Shown one piece after another: positions 40,528 to 50,239 of a stretch of 64,000 nucleotides of DNA. The stretch comes from Candidatus Methanomethylophilaceae archaeon (GTDB lineage Archaea; Thermoplasmatota; Thermoplasmata; Methanomassiliicoccales; Methanomethylophilaceae), in contig CAVATL010000001.1 in the NCBI GenBank assembly GCA_963591575.1, positions 33,036 to 97,035 of the forward strand. Direction: 5' to 3'. Below the pieces are notes generated by a model, which had not been told where the DNA came from, did not search any database, and was given only the letters and a program-made list of their open reading frames with translations. A program made the position numbers and the translations under genes. Position 1 is the stretch's first letter; each line of letters starts with the position of its first letter.

Positions 40528-41088
40528 ATGTACATGATAACTGAAGCCGAGGGAAAGATACGCATCCCTCCGTCCAAACTCGGACAGGACATCGAGTCCA
40601 TCGTGGAGGATGTCTCCAGCGAGCAGTTCGAAGGAAAGATGGAGGAAGACCGCAGTTTCACCATCCTGGTCAGCGATGTCAGGGCGGAAGGACTGGGAAG
40701 CATCGTCCACGGTGACGGTGCGGTCCACCAGACCGTGAAGTACAAGCGTCTCGCATACATTCCCAAGGACGGAGAGGTCGTCGAAGGTGTCGTGGTGGAG
40801 GTCAACAAATACGGTGCCTTTGTCAGGTTCGGCCCCCTCGATGGACTGATCTATATCAGCCAGATCATGGACGACCACGTCGATGTTGACGAGGTCAACC
40901 GCAGGCTCACCGGCAAAGAGACCGGAAGGTCCCTGGGCGTCGGCGACAAGGTGAAGGCGAGGATCACAAGTCTCTCCTTCGACGACAGGACACCTCAGGA
41001 CAGCAGGATCGGTCTGACCATGCGTCAGCCCGGTCTCGGAAAACTCCAGTGGCTTGAAGAGGACGCAAGGAAAGGAGGTGAGGAGTGA
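40528..41088 (+). CDS. rpoE1: RNA polymerase subunit E' (Rpo7)
   Basis: S1 domain 'GAFVRFGPLDGL', 'IGLTMRQPGLGK'. Confidence 0.96.
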   Translation: MYMITEAEGKIRIPPSKLGQDIESIVEDVSSEQFEGKMEEDRSFTILVSDVRAEGLGSIVHGDGAVHQTVKYKRLAYIPKDGEVVEGVVVEVNKYGAFVRFGPLDGLIYISQIMDDHVDVDEVNRRLTGKETGRSLGVGDKVKARITSLSFDDRTPQDSRIGLTMRQPGLGKLQWLEEDARKGGEE

Positions 41089-41279
41089 TGGCAGGCCCTG
41101 TATATTTCGCATGCAAATCCTGCAACTTCCTCTGTGAGAGCTCTATTTGCCCCCGTTGCTCCGGCGAGACCTCGAAGGACTGGCAGGGAATGGTCGCCAT
41201 CTCGGATTACACCAAATCCGATATCGCCGCCAAGATGGGCATCACCGCGAACGGTGTATACGCCCTCAAGGTACGCTGA
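41088..41279 (+). CDS. spt4: Transcription elongation factor Spt4 (RpoE'')
   Basis: CxxC..CPxC, 'WQG', 'YALKVR'. Confidence 0.95.
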   Translation: MAGPVYFACKSCNFLCESSICPRCSGETSKDWQGMVAISDYTKSDIAAKMGITANGVYALKVR

Positions 41280-41283
41280 TCCC

Positions 41284-41793
41284 ATGGTCTCCGGCAAGGT
41301 CCTTTCTCCCGCGATGAGGGAGAAGTTCAAGGAACCTGTCGGAAGGGATATCAGTGAAGAGGAACTCAGGGTCCTCAGTGAAACACACTACATGATCACC
41401 GTCGGCGACGTGGTGTCGCTGACCGTGAGAAAAACAGGGATCGTGCCCCTACTGTCCGTCTATGACGGATTCACGGAGAGACATGAGCTCACGGAGTTCG
41501 CCGACCTCGTGAAGAGCGAGGGGTTGGCGGAGACCGCGGTCGTCAACCCGCCGGGATACATAACCGGGGAGCTGATGGGTGCGGTGGAAAACGCTTTGGC
41601 CGGAAGATCCGAAGGGATCATCAGGGTCGAGGGAGAGGAGGATCTGGCACTTCTGCCGTGTATTCTCTTCGCGCCCGAGAACTCGATAGTCATATACGGA
41701 TGGCCCGGGAGAGGGATGAAAGCCGTCCTCGCGGACGGTCCCGCAAAAACACATATCAGAAATCTGTATGATATGATGGAGGAGTCCAAATGA
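41284..41793 (+). CDS. DUF359 GTP-dependent dephospho-CoA kinase
   Basis: 'ITVGDVV', 'NPPG.IT', 'GEEDL'. Confidence 0.9.
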   Translation: MVSGKVLSPAMREKFKEPVGRDISEEELRVLSETHYMITVGDVVSLTVRKTGIVPLLSVYDGFTERHELTEFADLVKSEGLAETAVVNPPGYITGELMGAVENALAGRSEGIIRVEGEEDLALLPCILFAPENSIVIYGWPGRGMKAVLADGPAKTHIRNLYDMMEESK

Positions 41794-42098
41794 AAATGGA
41801 GATAAAAGAACAGAAAGAGAACGTCTTCCAGGAGAGGACGGAAGTCTGCTTCGTCGTCGATCACCCCAGGGAAGCAACCCCCGGAAGGAACGCAGTCGCA
41901 GAAGAGATCGCCAAGAAACTCGGAACCCAGAGGAACCTCGTCATCGTCGACGACCTCAAGAGCATGTACGGTGTCGGAAAGACCCAGGGATATGCAAAGG
42001 TCTACAAGAACGTCGAGACCGCCAAGAAGTACGAGAACGAATACCTCCTCAAGAGGAACGGCTACGCTGACAAGCCCGCCGAGGAAGCTCAGGAGTGA
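41790..42098 (+). CDS. rps24e: 30S ribosomal protein S24e
   Basis: 'ATP.R', 'YG.GKT.GYAKVY'. Confidence 0.96.
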   Translation: MKMEIKEQKENVFQERTEVCFVVDHPREATPGRNAVAEEIAKKLGTQRNLVIVDDLKSMYGVGKTQGYAKVYKNVETAKKYENEYLLKRNGYADKPAEEAQE

Positions 42099-42103
42099 TT
42101 CAG

Positions 42104-42292
42104 ATGGCAGCAAAGAAAGCAGCACCAGTCAAGAAATCCATTCAGAAGAAAGACGCTTACAGCGTCGAGGGCGACAAGGTCGTCAGGACCAAACCTGTTT
42201 GTCCCAAATGCGGACCCGGAACCTTTATGGCCGTCCACAAAGACCGCACCTCCTGCGGCCGTTGCGGCTACACTGAGTTCAACAAAGAGTGA
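42104..42292 (+). CDS. rps27ae: 30S ribosomal protein S27ae
   Basis: 'CPKCGPGTFMAVHKDR..CGRCGYTE'. Confidence 0.97.
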   Translation: MAAKKAAPVKKSIQKKDAYSVEGDKVVRTKPVCPKCGPGTFMAVHKDRTSCGRCGYTEFNKE

Positions 42293-42391
42293 AGAAATCT
42301 CCAAGGCTCCTCTCCCTCTCAGTTGGGGGCCATATACCGGGGCTGGCACCCCGGTCACCTTTCTTTCTCATTTTACTTCTTTTTAACTCAA

Positions 42392-42465
42392 GGTCCCGTA
42401 GTATAGCTTGGATAGCATAGAGGCCTCCGGAGCCCCAGACCCGGGTTCGAATCCCGGCGGGATCG
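42392..42465 (+). tRNA. tRNA-Arg(CCG)
   Basis: GGTCCCG/CGGGATC acceptor, loop CTCCGGA, GGTTCGAATCC. Confidence 0.94.
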
Positions 42466-42643
42466 CTGCTTTTTGATGAAAAACGGCTGTATACCACGAG
42501 TATACGCCAATATGCGAGGGAATCTGATAGAGTCTTGTATGGCATATTGTTGGTATTTGGATTGCTTATGGTTTTGCATAGTTTAGTTTGTAGGTGTATT
42601 GTTTTGCATATCATTTTATTATGGGAATCCCCTCCAAACAGCA

Positions 42644-42961
42644 ATGATGTTCGAGGATAAGATCAACACCATCGTCGAGAGGATCACAAGCAAGTACGAT
42701 CCGAAGGCGATCATAGTTTTCGGTTCGGTGGCCAAGGGCACCTCTACAGAGGACAGCGACCTTGACATTGCCGTGATCCTCGATTCCGACCTTTCAGAAC
42801 ATGACCGCAATGTGGATGTCCGTGTATGCATCGGGCCTATCGGCATGGCCATGGACCTCATGGTATTTACACCGGAAGAGGTCGAAACAGAGAAGGCCGA
42901 TCAGAACTCGATTGTTTCTGAGATCCTCAACACCGGAGAAGTAGTATATAGTTCAGCATGA
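42644..42961 (+). CDS. Minimal nucleotidyltransferase (MNT antitoxin)
   Basis: 'VFGSVAKG..EDSDLDIAV'. Confidence 0.92.
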   Translation: MMFEDKINTIVERITSKYDPKAIIVFGSVAKGTSTEDSDLDIAVILDSDLSEHDRNVDVRVCIGPIGMAMDLMVFTPEEVETEKADQNSIVSEILNTGEVVYSSA

Positions 42962-43328
42962 GACGGTTGAATCCTTACTTTCCTGTGCCGCCGACGATCT
43001 GTGGAATGCGGAACTTGTCCGGGATGCAGATGACGAGAAGACACGCATAATCTGCTTTCATCTGCAGCAGTATGCAGAAAAGAGCGTCAAGGCGAAATTA
43101 TGCGAACTAGGCATTGTCTACCCTAAGAAACACGATCTCGTAAGCCTGTTGGAACTGTTCGGCGATGCGGAGCTGCTGAATAAGCATTTGAAAGATGCGG
43201 CAGATCTTACAGATTACGCTACCACATTCAGGTATTCCACGAGGATTCCTTCGATCGAGGAAATGGAGAACGCATTCGTTTGCGCCAAGTCATTGGTTGA
43301 GGATGTTCAACGTATCACAAGGCAGTAA
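42948..43328 (+). CDS. HEPN domain protein without canonical start (ATA); not in the ORF track
   Basis: Manual translation: 'CFHLQQYAEKSVKA', 'PKKHDL', 'TFRY'; 126 open codons. Confidence 0.8.
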   Translation: MVQHETVESLLSCAADDLWNAELVRDADDEKTRIICFHLQQYAEKSVKAKLCELGIVYPKKHDLVSLLELFGDAELLNKHLKDAADLTDYATTFRYSTRIPSIEEMENAFVCAKSLVEDVQRITRQ

Positions 43329-43415
43329 GGCATTAAGTTCGACTTCTGTTATTGATTTTCAATAACCTTATTGAAGGCATTATTTAACGCTTTCCCAATT
43401 TGAGGCACTATACTT

Positions 43416-43619
43416 TTAAACCGATCTGCGGGATGTGCGTTCCTTTTTCGGCCGTCCGACCGGGTTCTTGATGTCGATTATCTTAGGTAAGAGACCCAGT
43501 TCGATCAAGATCTCCTTCTCGTTTGCGGTCAATTTACGAAGCAGCCATTCGCCTTCCGACGACTCCTTGTTCATAGTAGCTCTTCTGAGTTTCCTCAGGA
43601 AATGATTGGTACTTGTACG
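43416..43619 (-). mobile_element. Transposase C-terminal remnant (IS1634/IS4-superfamily-like)
   Basis: 'W.LRKLTANEKEILIELGL...GRPKK*'; no upstream continuation. Confidence 0.5.
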
Positions 43620-43741
43620 TAAAATTTCGACTTCAATTTCCTATTGCTGATCTGATGTTCTACATTAACAGGCCTTAATGTTTGCAGGATCCCAATGTGC
43701 CAGACACACAGATTAATCAATGGTCAGACCGTTGTACGTTC

Positions 43742-44314
43742 ATGGCAGGCTGGAAAGAGCGTGTTGACAGTGGCGGATGGATCAGCAACGAGAGTGAAGA
43801 TTATGGGGATTACCTCCGTGATGTGAATCTTTGTGCGGAAAGGCTCTACAGGTTCAATTCAATCCCGGGGAACTGGTACGAGGAGCTTACTGCGGCGCTT
43901 TCGGAACTGGTAGGTTATGATACCGGTCCGTCGGTCTGCGTCAAATCACCGTTCCGCTGCGACCTCGGATACAACATAAAGTTTGGAAAGAACATCATCG
44001 TCAACTACGGATGCGTATTTCTGGATACAACGGAGATCGTCATCGGAGATGACTGTCTTATCGGCCCCGGATGCATGATCGTGACCGCCCATCATCCGAT
44101 GGATGCGGCGGACAGGAAGAACATCACCACAGGCGGGAAGCCGATCCATATCGGAAACGGTTGCTGGTTCGGTGCAGGAGCAATCGTTCTGCCGGGGATA
44201 ACCATCGGGAACAACTGTATCGTGGGGGCCGGAGCAGTGGTCACACATGATGTGCCAGATAACTCAGTTGTGGTCGGAAATCCTGCAAGGCCGATAGTCA
44301 GGAAGACTGTGTGA
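43742..44314 (+). CDS. Sugar O-acetyltransferase (maltose/galactoside family)
   Basis: 'PFRCDLGYNI', hexapeptide repeats, 'VVGNPAR'. Confidence 0.92.
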   Translation: MAGWKERVDSGGWISNESEDYGDYLRDVNLCAERLYRFNSIPGNWYEELTAALSELVGYDTGPSVCVKSPFRCDLGYNIKFGKNIIVNYGCVFLDTTEIVIGDDCLIGPGCMIVTAHHPMDAADRKNITTGGKPIHIGNGCWFGAGAIVLPGITIGNNCIVGAGAVVTHDVPDNSVVVGNPARPIVRKTV

Positions 44315-44462
44315 TTTCCAAAACTGATTGTACAGCAACCTGTTGTTTCAAAAAGGTTTTTTGAAGCAGTTGTTTGTTGAAATATACTCAGATTTTAGAT
44401 TAATTTAATGATATACTTATGAAGCACACTATTGAGTATACTATTAGGTATATTATTTGACC

Positions 44463-44593
44463 ATGCGGGAGATAAGCGAGCATCTCGGTCTGAGTGTTCC
44501 CGCTATCAATAAAGTCGTGAAAAACTCAAGGATCTCGGTTTCCTGACCAACGAAGGCAACAATCGTTTCAACGACTGGAGTGTGAAATACTGA
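44463..44593 (+). pseudogene. Frameshifted C-terminal wHTH fragment
   Basis: MREISEHLGLSVPAINKVVK / shift in A5 run / LKDLGFLTNEG..W. Confidence 0.6.
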
Positions 44594-44646
44594 TTCCTCA
44601 AATTCAGTGAATCCTTTTTATTTCTGCTCCGCTTGTGCGGTACTGT

Positions 44647-46119
44647 ATGGCAGAAGTAGGCTACAGCTCGAAATACGAGGTTTATCTGACCCGCAGCAAC
44701 GGTATTCAGATAGTCACCAACGAGCTCAGTCTCTCCATTCTCAAGGAGATGCGTGTCCGCACCATCACCCCCACGGAAATGGCATCCGAGTTCTCCGTGT
44801 CCAAATCCACCATCCAGGGAAACCTTGGAAAGCTCTACCGCACAGGTATCGTGGATTCCGACATCTGCATCGAGGACGCACGTAGCGCCGTGTATCACAC
44901 GGATGCGATGCTCCTGTTCAGCAGCGACACTCCTGAAGAATGGCAGATCTGTGCCAGGAAAGCCTCCATCAACCGTATCCTCAAGAACGGAAGATGCAGT
45001 GCCAGGGAGGACCTTTCTCTTTACGGTGTGTCCCTCATAGAAAGCGGACTCAACATCGTTCCCGGACTTTCCGATGTCGGTTCCGCCCTGGTCAGGGATA
45101 TCACCGACTTGGGCTGGTGGGGCGAACATCTTGCTACTCTGAGCCGTCAGTGCGAGCCGGAAGGTATCAGCGCGGAACTTGATCTTACCAGGGAGTTTGT
45201 ACTCACATTCCGTTCCGAAAAAGAGGACATCTCCGATGTTCCTCTGATCACCGTGCCGATGATCGGTGCGATCTGTTCGCGTTCCAAATCGCTTCTAGGC
45301 ATCAATCTCTGCCCTGAGACACAGCTTTCGGTCGAGGACGGGGGCCATACCGTGAAACTGAAGACCGTTGCATATCGGGGACAGGATTTTTCCACGGGTA
45401 TCTACGACACCGATCTTTCCCAGTCGTTCCGTGCGGACGATCCGTTCTCGATTTATTCTATAAATGGAAGGGCCACACTTTTCACCAATCCGACCATGAT
45501 GGCGATCCTCGATGCCCTCACTGAAGGCGACTGGAGCCTGAACGATCTGGAGAAATCACTGTCCCTGCCGAAGGCGACGATCTACGTGGCCCTGGCAAAA
45601 CTCACCGACCTCGGTGCTGTCTGTCTCGACGAGAATTCTGGCACTCCGAAGAAATATGTCCTTTCTGCAGAGCCTCTTCTGTTCACAACCGAACCGAAAC
45701 CTGAGAATTTCTCCAATCTCCGTAAGATCGTGGCCGATTTCCATGACGGAAAATTGGATTATTATTCTGCTGTGATCACCTATGCGATGGAAGCGATCTC
45801 CTGTATGGGAATTCACTTCGATAAGATGTTCATCCGTTCGGGGAAACATGCCGCATCCACTGTATTGGAGAGCTGTCCCGATATGGATCCGCAGGATTTT
45901 GTGGACCTTTCCTGCAGCATGATCTCTGCGCCCGATGAAGCAAAGGTGATGAGATATCTTCCTATCAAGATCCGTCTTACCCGTTCTTCCGAGATCCTTT
46001 GGGGTTCATGGCCGGAGGATTTCCTCATCGGTTTCCTTGAAGAAGGGCTGAAAGTTCTGCTGAAGGCCGAGTACCCATTCTACATAGATTCGGTCTTAAA
46101 AGAACCTGGAAGTGAATGA
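44647..46119 (+). CDS. Transcriptional regulator with two wHTH (ArsR-like) domains and V4R-like sensor regions
   Basis: HTH 'TPTEMASEFSVSKSTIQGNLGKL' and 'SLNDLEKSLSLPKATIYVALAKL'. Confidence 0.75.
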   Translation: MAEVGYSSKYEVYLTRSNGIQIVTNELSLSILKEMRVRTITPTEMASEFSVSKSTIQGNLGKLYRTGIVDSDICIEDARSAVYHTDAMLLFSSDTPEEWQICARKASINRILKNGRCSAREDLSLYGVSLIESGLNIVPGLSDVGSALVRDITDLGWWGEHLATLSRQCEPEGISAELDLTREFVLTFRSEKEDISDVPLITVPMIGAICSRSKSLLGINLCPETQLSVEDGGHTVKLKTVAYRGQDFSTGIYDTDLSQSFRADDPFSIYSINGRATLFTNPTMMAILDALTEGDWSLNDLEKSLSLPKATIYVALAKLTDLGAVCLDENSGTPKKYVLSAEPLLFTTEPKPENFSNLRKIVADFHDGKLDYYSAVITYAMEAISCMGIHFDKMFIRSGKHAASTVLESCPDMDPQDFVDLSCSMISAPDEAKVMRYLPIKIRLTRSSEILWGSWPEDFLIGFLEEGLKVLLKAEYPFYIDSVLKEPGSE

Positions 46120-46475
46120 TCTTTTTTGGAATTCTGTCCGATTGGGCCTTTTCTTTCTTTTACATTATAATAATATAATTAACTTTTCAGAGAATTTTTT
46201 TTGAACGTTGAAATCAAAAATTTTGATGGATGTTGATTGGATATAATTAATGGAGCTAATTATGGATGTACTAACTATCCATCAAACCTCCCGAATCAAC
46301 CGAATATGTTTTGATTTGAGGCAATTAGTACGTCTTGATTAGAAAAAATTTTCATGAAAATTAGAACGTTGAACATAAACTGAAATTACTTGTATAAAAA
46401 TATTTCTGAATAGTATTATAACCTTGCCGTGAGATACAATTTCAGCAAAGAAATTTGCACTTGGAGTGAAAAACT

Positions 46476-47123
46476 ATGGCATTTGAAGCAGAAAGCAAGA
46501 AACTTTACGATGCAATGGTCGCAGTCAAACTGCCCGGCATCCTTGAAGCAGTAAACGCAGCAGACGCAGCCGGTATGGCACCCACCGCCATCATCGACTC
46601 GATGTCCGCCGGAATGACCGAAGTAGGAGTCCTTTTCCAGAAGGGAAGGCTCTTCCTGCCTCACGTCCTCTCTGCAGCGGCTGGAATGAACAAGGCCATG
46701 GAGATCCTCGGCCCCAAGCTCGCAAACAGCGGTGCATCCACCGAAAAACTCGGAATCGCCGTCATGGGAACTGTCGAGGGAGATGTCCACGACATCGGAA
46801 AGTCGATCTGCTCCACTATGCTTCAGTGTGCCGGATTCGACGTCCACGATCTCGGACGTGACGTACCCAAACAGAAATTCATCGATGAGATCAAGGCAGG
46901 AGCCAACTTCTGCGGAATGTCCGCACTCATGACCACCACCATGACCGTCATGAAGGAGATCATCGAACAGTGTAAGAATGAAGGCATCCGCGACAAGGTC
47001 GTCATGATGGTCGGAGGAGCACCCATCACCCAGATCTACTGCGACAAGATCGGCGCAGACATCTACGGAGAGACCGCAAACGAGACCACCGAGAAGGCAA
47101 AGGCAATCGCCGCAGACGCCTGA
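46476..47123 (+). CDS. mtbC: Dimethylamine corrinoid protein
   Basis: 'GDVHDIGK', 'SALMTTT', 'VGGAP'; adjacent to mtbB. Confidence 0.9.
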   Translation: MAFEAESKKLYDAMVAVKLPGILEAVNAADAAGMAPTAIIDSMSAGMTEVGVLFQKGRLFLPHVLSAAAGMNKAMEILGPKLANSGASTEKLGIAVMGTVEGDVHDIGKSICSTMLQCAGFDVHDLGRDVPKQKFIDEIKAGANFCGMSALMTTTMTVMKEIIEQCKNEGIRDKVVMMVGGAPITQIYCDKIGADIYGETANETTEKAKAIAADA

Positions 47124-47143
47124 TCTAACAGGAGGAATCTGAA

Positions 47144-48547
47144 ATGGCTGAGTATTACACAAGGTCCGGAGACGGACGCAGGATCAAGATGACCAAAGAG
47201 GCCATCTTCGAGGACATTCAGGCAGGAACCGCCGATGCAGCAGACATCGGAACCATTCCCGCACTCAACGACGACCAGATGGAACACCTCGTCGACATCA
47301 TCGTCTGCCAGGACCGTGTCGTCGGTGTCGCACCTGGAAAAGAGGTCGTCATGACCTACGATATCGGTCAGCTCGACTTCACTGGAGACAACGGAAACTC
47401 CGGAAACGGAGTCGACATGGGAAGGCTGGAGGCCGCTCTCCTCCACGAGAGGGCACTCGGAGCAGACACTTTCGAGCTTGCAAACTCCGACTACTCCATC
47501 AAACCCGTCAAGCCCATCATCTCCATGGAGAAACAGACCATGGAAGAGATCCAGGCAGAGATTGTTGCACCGTTCTTCTACGGAGCAATGCCCAACATGG
47601 GTCTTTACTACGCACCTGACGGACCCTACCCCAACCCTGCAGACCTCATGAGGGAGTTCAAGATCGACGAGTCCATGGCCGCATCCGAGGCAGCAGCAGC
47701 ACACCTCGCAAGGGACATCGAATACGTCGGAACCCACATCCAGGCCGCCGGATCCGACGGTTTCAACTTCGACACCACCGGATCTGCAGGAGATGCGGAT
47801 TTCGTCGGAACTCTGAACGGTGTAAAAGCGCTCCGCGCAGCATGCCCTGAGGCATACATCAACGTCGGTGCCGCCGGAGAGTCCGTCATGGGTATCCACG
47901 GAATGATGGAATTCGAGGGAACCATCTGCGCAGGACTTTACCCGCATCAGCAGGCTAAGGTCGTCGCACAGGCTGGAGCCAACGTCTTCGGAGCTGTCTG
48001 CAACACCAACACCAGCAAATCTCTTGCATGGAACCTTGCAAGGTCCGTGACCTTCATCAAGGCCGCAGTAGAGCAGTCCCCCATACCCGTCCACGTCGAT
48101 ATGGGAATGGGTGTCGGCGGAATCCCCATGAAGGAGACCCCTCCTGTGGACGCCGTTTCCCGCTGCAACAAGGCAATGGTCGAGATCGCCAACGTCGACG
48201 GTGTATAGGTCGGAGTGGGAGATCCCGTCGGAATGGACATCCCCCACCTCATGACCTCCGGTATGCAGGGAATCAGGACCTCCGGTGACCTTGTCGCCCG
48301 TATGATGTACGCAAAGAACATGAAGCTCGACAAGGCGAAAGAGTACGTTGCAAAGAAGCTCGGACTCGACACCGTCGAGATCGCTGATGAGTGCATCATG
48401 CGTGACCTCCGTGAGGAACTCGGAATCGGAACTGTCACCGGTATCCCCGGAGCACCCCGCGGAATCGCTGCCAAGATGAACATCGAGAAGCTGCTTGACA
48501 TCAAGATCAACAGCTGCGAGAAGTTCAGGCAGTCCCTCAAGAACTGA
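47144..48547 (+). CDS. mtbB: Dimethylamine:corrinoid methyltransferase, pyrrolysine at in-frame TAG 48206-48208
   Basis: 'TRSGDG', '[12 protein letters not shown]', 'VDGV-TAG-VGVGDP'; same frame continues to TGA, 467 aa. Confidence 0.97.
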
Positions 48548-48557
48548 TCAAACCTTA

Positions 48558-48623
48558 AGCAGGGGTTCGCCGCCCCTGCACTCCATTCCAATCATTTATC
48601 CCCGTATCATGAATGATACGGGC
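48558..48623. terminator. Two hairpins between convergent mtbB and ATPase
   Basis: GCAGGGG-N7-CCCCTGC and CCCGTATCAT-GA-ATGATACGGG. Confidence 0.6.
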
Positions 48624-48650
48624 CCTCTAATTTTATGATCTGGCACTGTT

Positions 48651-50054
48651 TCAGAACAGATTCGGGATTTTTCTGAGACCCATTAGGATATTACTGTCAA
48701 TCAGGAGTATTCCGTTCTCTTCCGCGTATTCTCTGAGTTCATCCTGGAAACCTCCGGCCGAGAACAGGACATATTTCACGTTCTCGCGGATTGAAGCGGA
48801 TTCGCAACGTTCCGTCAAGGTGTTCAGCGGAGTGAAACCTATCGGGTTCTTGCTGAATTTACATTCACATACAAGGGTGTGAATGAGGCCTGTGCCGTCG
48901 GAGATCTTGGCGATGATGTCTATATCGGTGTCCTCTCCGCCAGAATCCCTACCCCACCATGATCCGATTTCCGTGACCGTGAAATGATTCTCGAGCCATT
49001 GGGCACAGAATACTTCGAACATGTGTCCCAGATGGGAATCTGTCTTCATGCGGAGCAGGGCATATGTCGCCTCAGGTGACCTGGAGGTTTCGATGAGTTT
49101 TGAGTTTTTGGAGACGATCCCGTAATGGAATGCGATGAACGGATCCTTTATCCTGTAAACTGGTTTCTTCGGTGCCCCAGCCATCGGATGTCTTTTTTCG
49201 ATAATGTTCACGAATTCAAGGTCGTCGAGCATCCTCTTGCAGGCTGCCCGGTCTATGCCGAGCTTTTCGGCAATTTCGGACTGTTTCACCGAGCCGTCCG
49301 AGATGCATTTCACCGCTCCGGTGTAGTTCCTGTTCCCCTTGAATTCCTGGAGGATCACCTGGGGAGCATCATCTCTCCAGGAAGAGGTCGGTTCAAAGAA
49401 GTGTTTCTCAACTTCAGACTCATAAGTATCTTCGGTCATGGCTTTCAGATACTGCGGGATCCCGCCCACTGTAAGATACCATTTCAGTGCATCCATAGTA
49501 GATGTGCCAGAACAGAATTTCAGCGATGCTTCGGGAGAGAGATATCCGATCTGCATGACGTTACCGAATCTGCCGTACAGGGGTCTGCCGCAGTCTTCTG
49601 TTTCCCTGCGCATAACTGATATTGAAGAACCGCAGATGACGAACATACAGTGACAGTTCTTCAGATCACGATCCAATGACTTTTGGATGACCGATGCTGC
49701 CTGCGGTGCGCATTCGAGAAGATACGGAAGTTCGTCGAAGATCACAAGAGTGTGTTCTTCCGAGCAGATTGATTCGATCTCTGCCATAAGGTGGGTCATG
49801 TCCTTCAGTTCACCGATGTCGCTGTTGCGGAATGCGGAGATGTCCATCGCCAACGAGGACAGATTTTCATAGCATGAGGCCTGGACCGCCTGGAGGTAGA
49901 GGGTGCGTTTTCCCTTTGAGAATTCTTCCAGAAGACGGGATTTGCCGATTCTCCTGCGGCCCCATACGCAACATGTCGAAAGTCCGTCGGAATTCCACAG
50001 TTCTTCCAAACGTTTCAGTTCTTCGGTTCTGCCGATGAATGGATCTTCAGACAT
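48651..50054 (-). CDS. Archaeal AAA ATPase + wHTH + DUF234 PD-(D/E)XK domain
   Basis: 'GRRRIGKS', 'FDE.PY', 'GGIPQYL', 'DIDII...CECK'. Confidence 0.92.
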   Translation of the reverse strand: MSEDPFIGRTEELKRLEELWNSDGLSTCCVWGRRRIGKSRLLEEFSKGKRTLYLQAVQASCYENLSSLAMDISAFRNSDIGELKDMTHLMAEIESICSEEHTLVIFDELPYLLECAPQAASVIQKSLDRDLKNCHCMFVICGSSISVMRRETEDCGRPLYGRFGNVMQIGYLSPEASLKFCSGTSTMDALKWYLTVGGIPQYLKAMTEDTYESEVEKHFFEPTSSWRDDAPQVILQEFKGNRNYTGAVKCISDGSVKQSEIAEKLGIDRAACKRMLDDLEFVNIIEKRHPMAGAPKKPVYRIKDPFIAFHYGIVSKNSKLIETSRSPEATYALLRMKTDSHLGHMFEVFCAQWLENHFTVTEIGSWWGRDSGGEDTDIDIIAKISDGTGLIHTLVCECKFSKNPIGFTPLNTLTERCESASIRENVKYVLFSAGGFQDELREYAEENGILLIDSNILMGLRKIPNLF

Positions 50055-50069
50055 ACATTATAGATTACT

Positions 50070-50115
50070 AATTGATTATAAATCAATTTCTAAATTAATT
50101 GATTTCAAATCAATT
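50070..50115. promoter_or_regulatory. Two AATTGATT-N3-AATCAATT palindromes
   Basis: 50070-50088 and 50097-50115, just upstream of the ATPase start. Confidence 0.65.
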
Positions 50116-50239
50116 TCATATAGATTAGAATGTGCCAGCACACCTTTTCTGTGTACCAAATGTGATTTTAAAAGAAGGGATCTGCGGAAGTCCGATCATT
50201 ACGGTCCCGCAGATTAGTAATGTTTTGATTCTTGGAATA

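Noticed and set aside
48215..48547. Separate 110-aa gene, or mtbB as a nonsense pseudogene
   Set aside because: It is the in-frame C-terminus of MtbB after the conserved pyrrolysine codon
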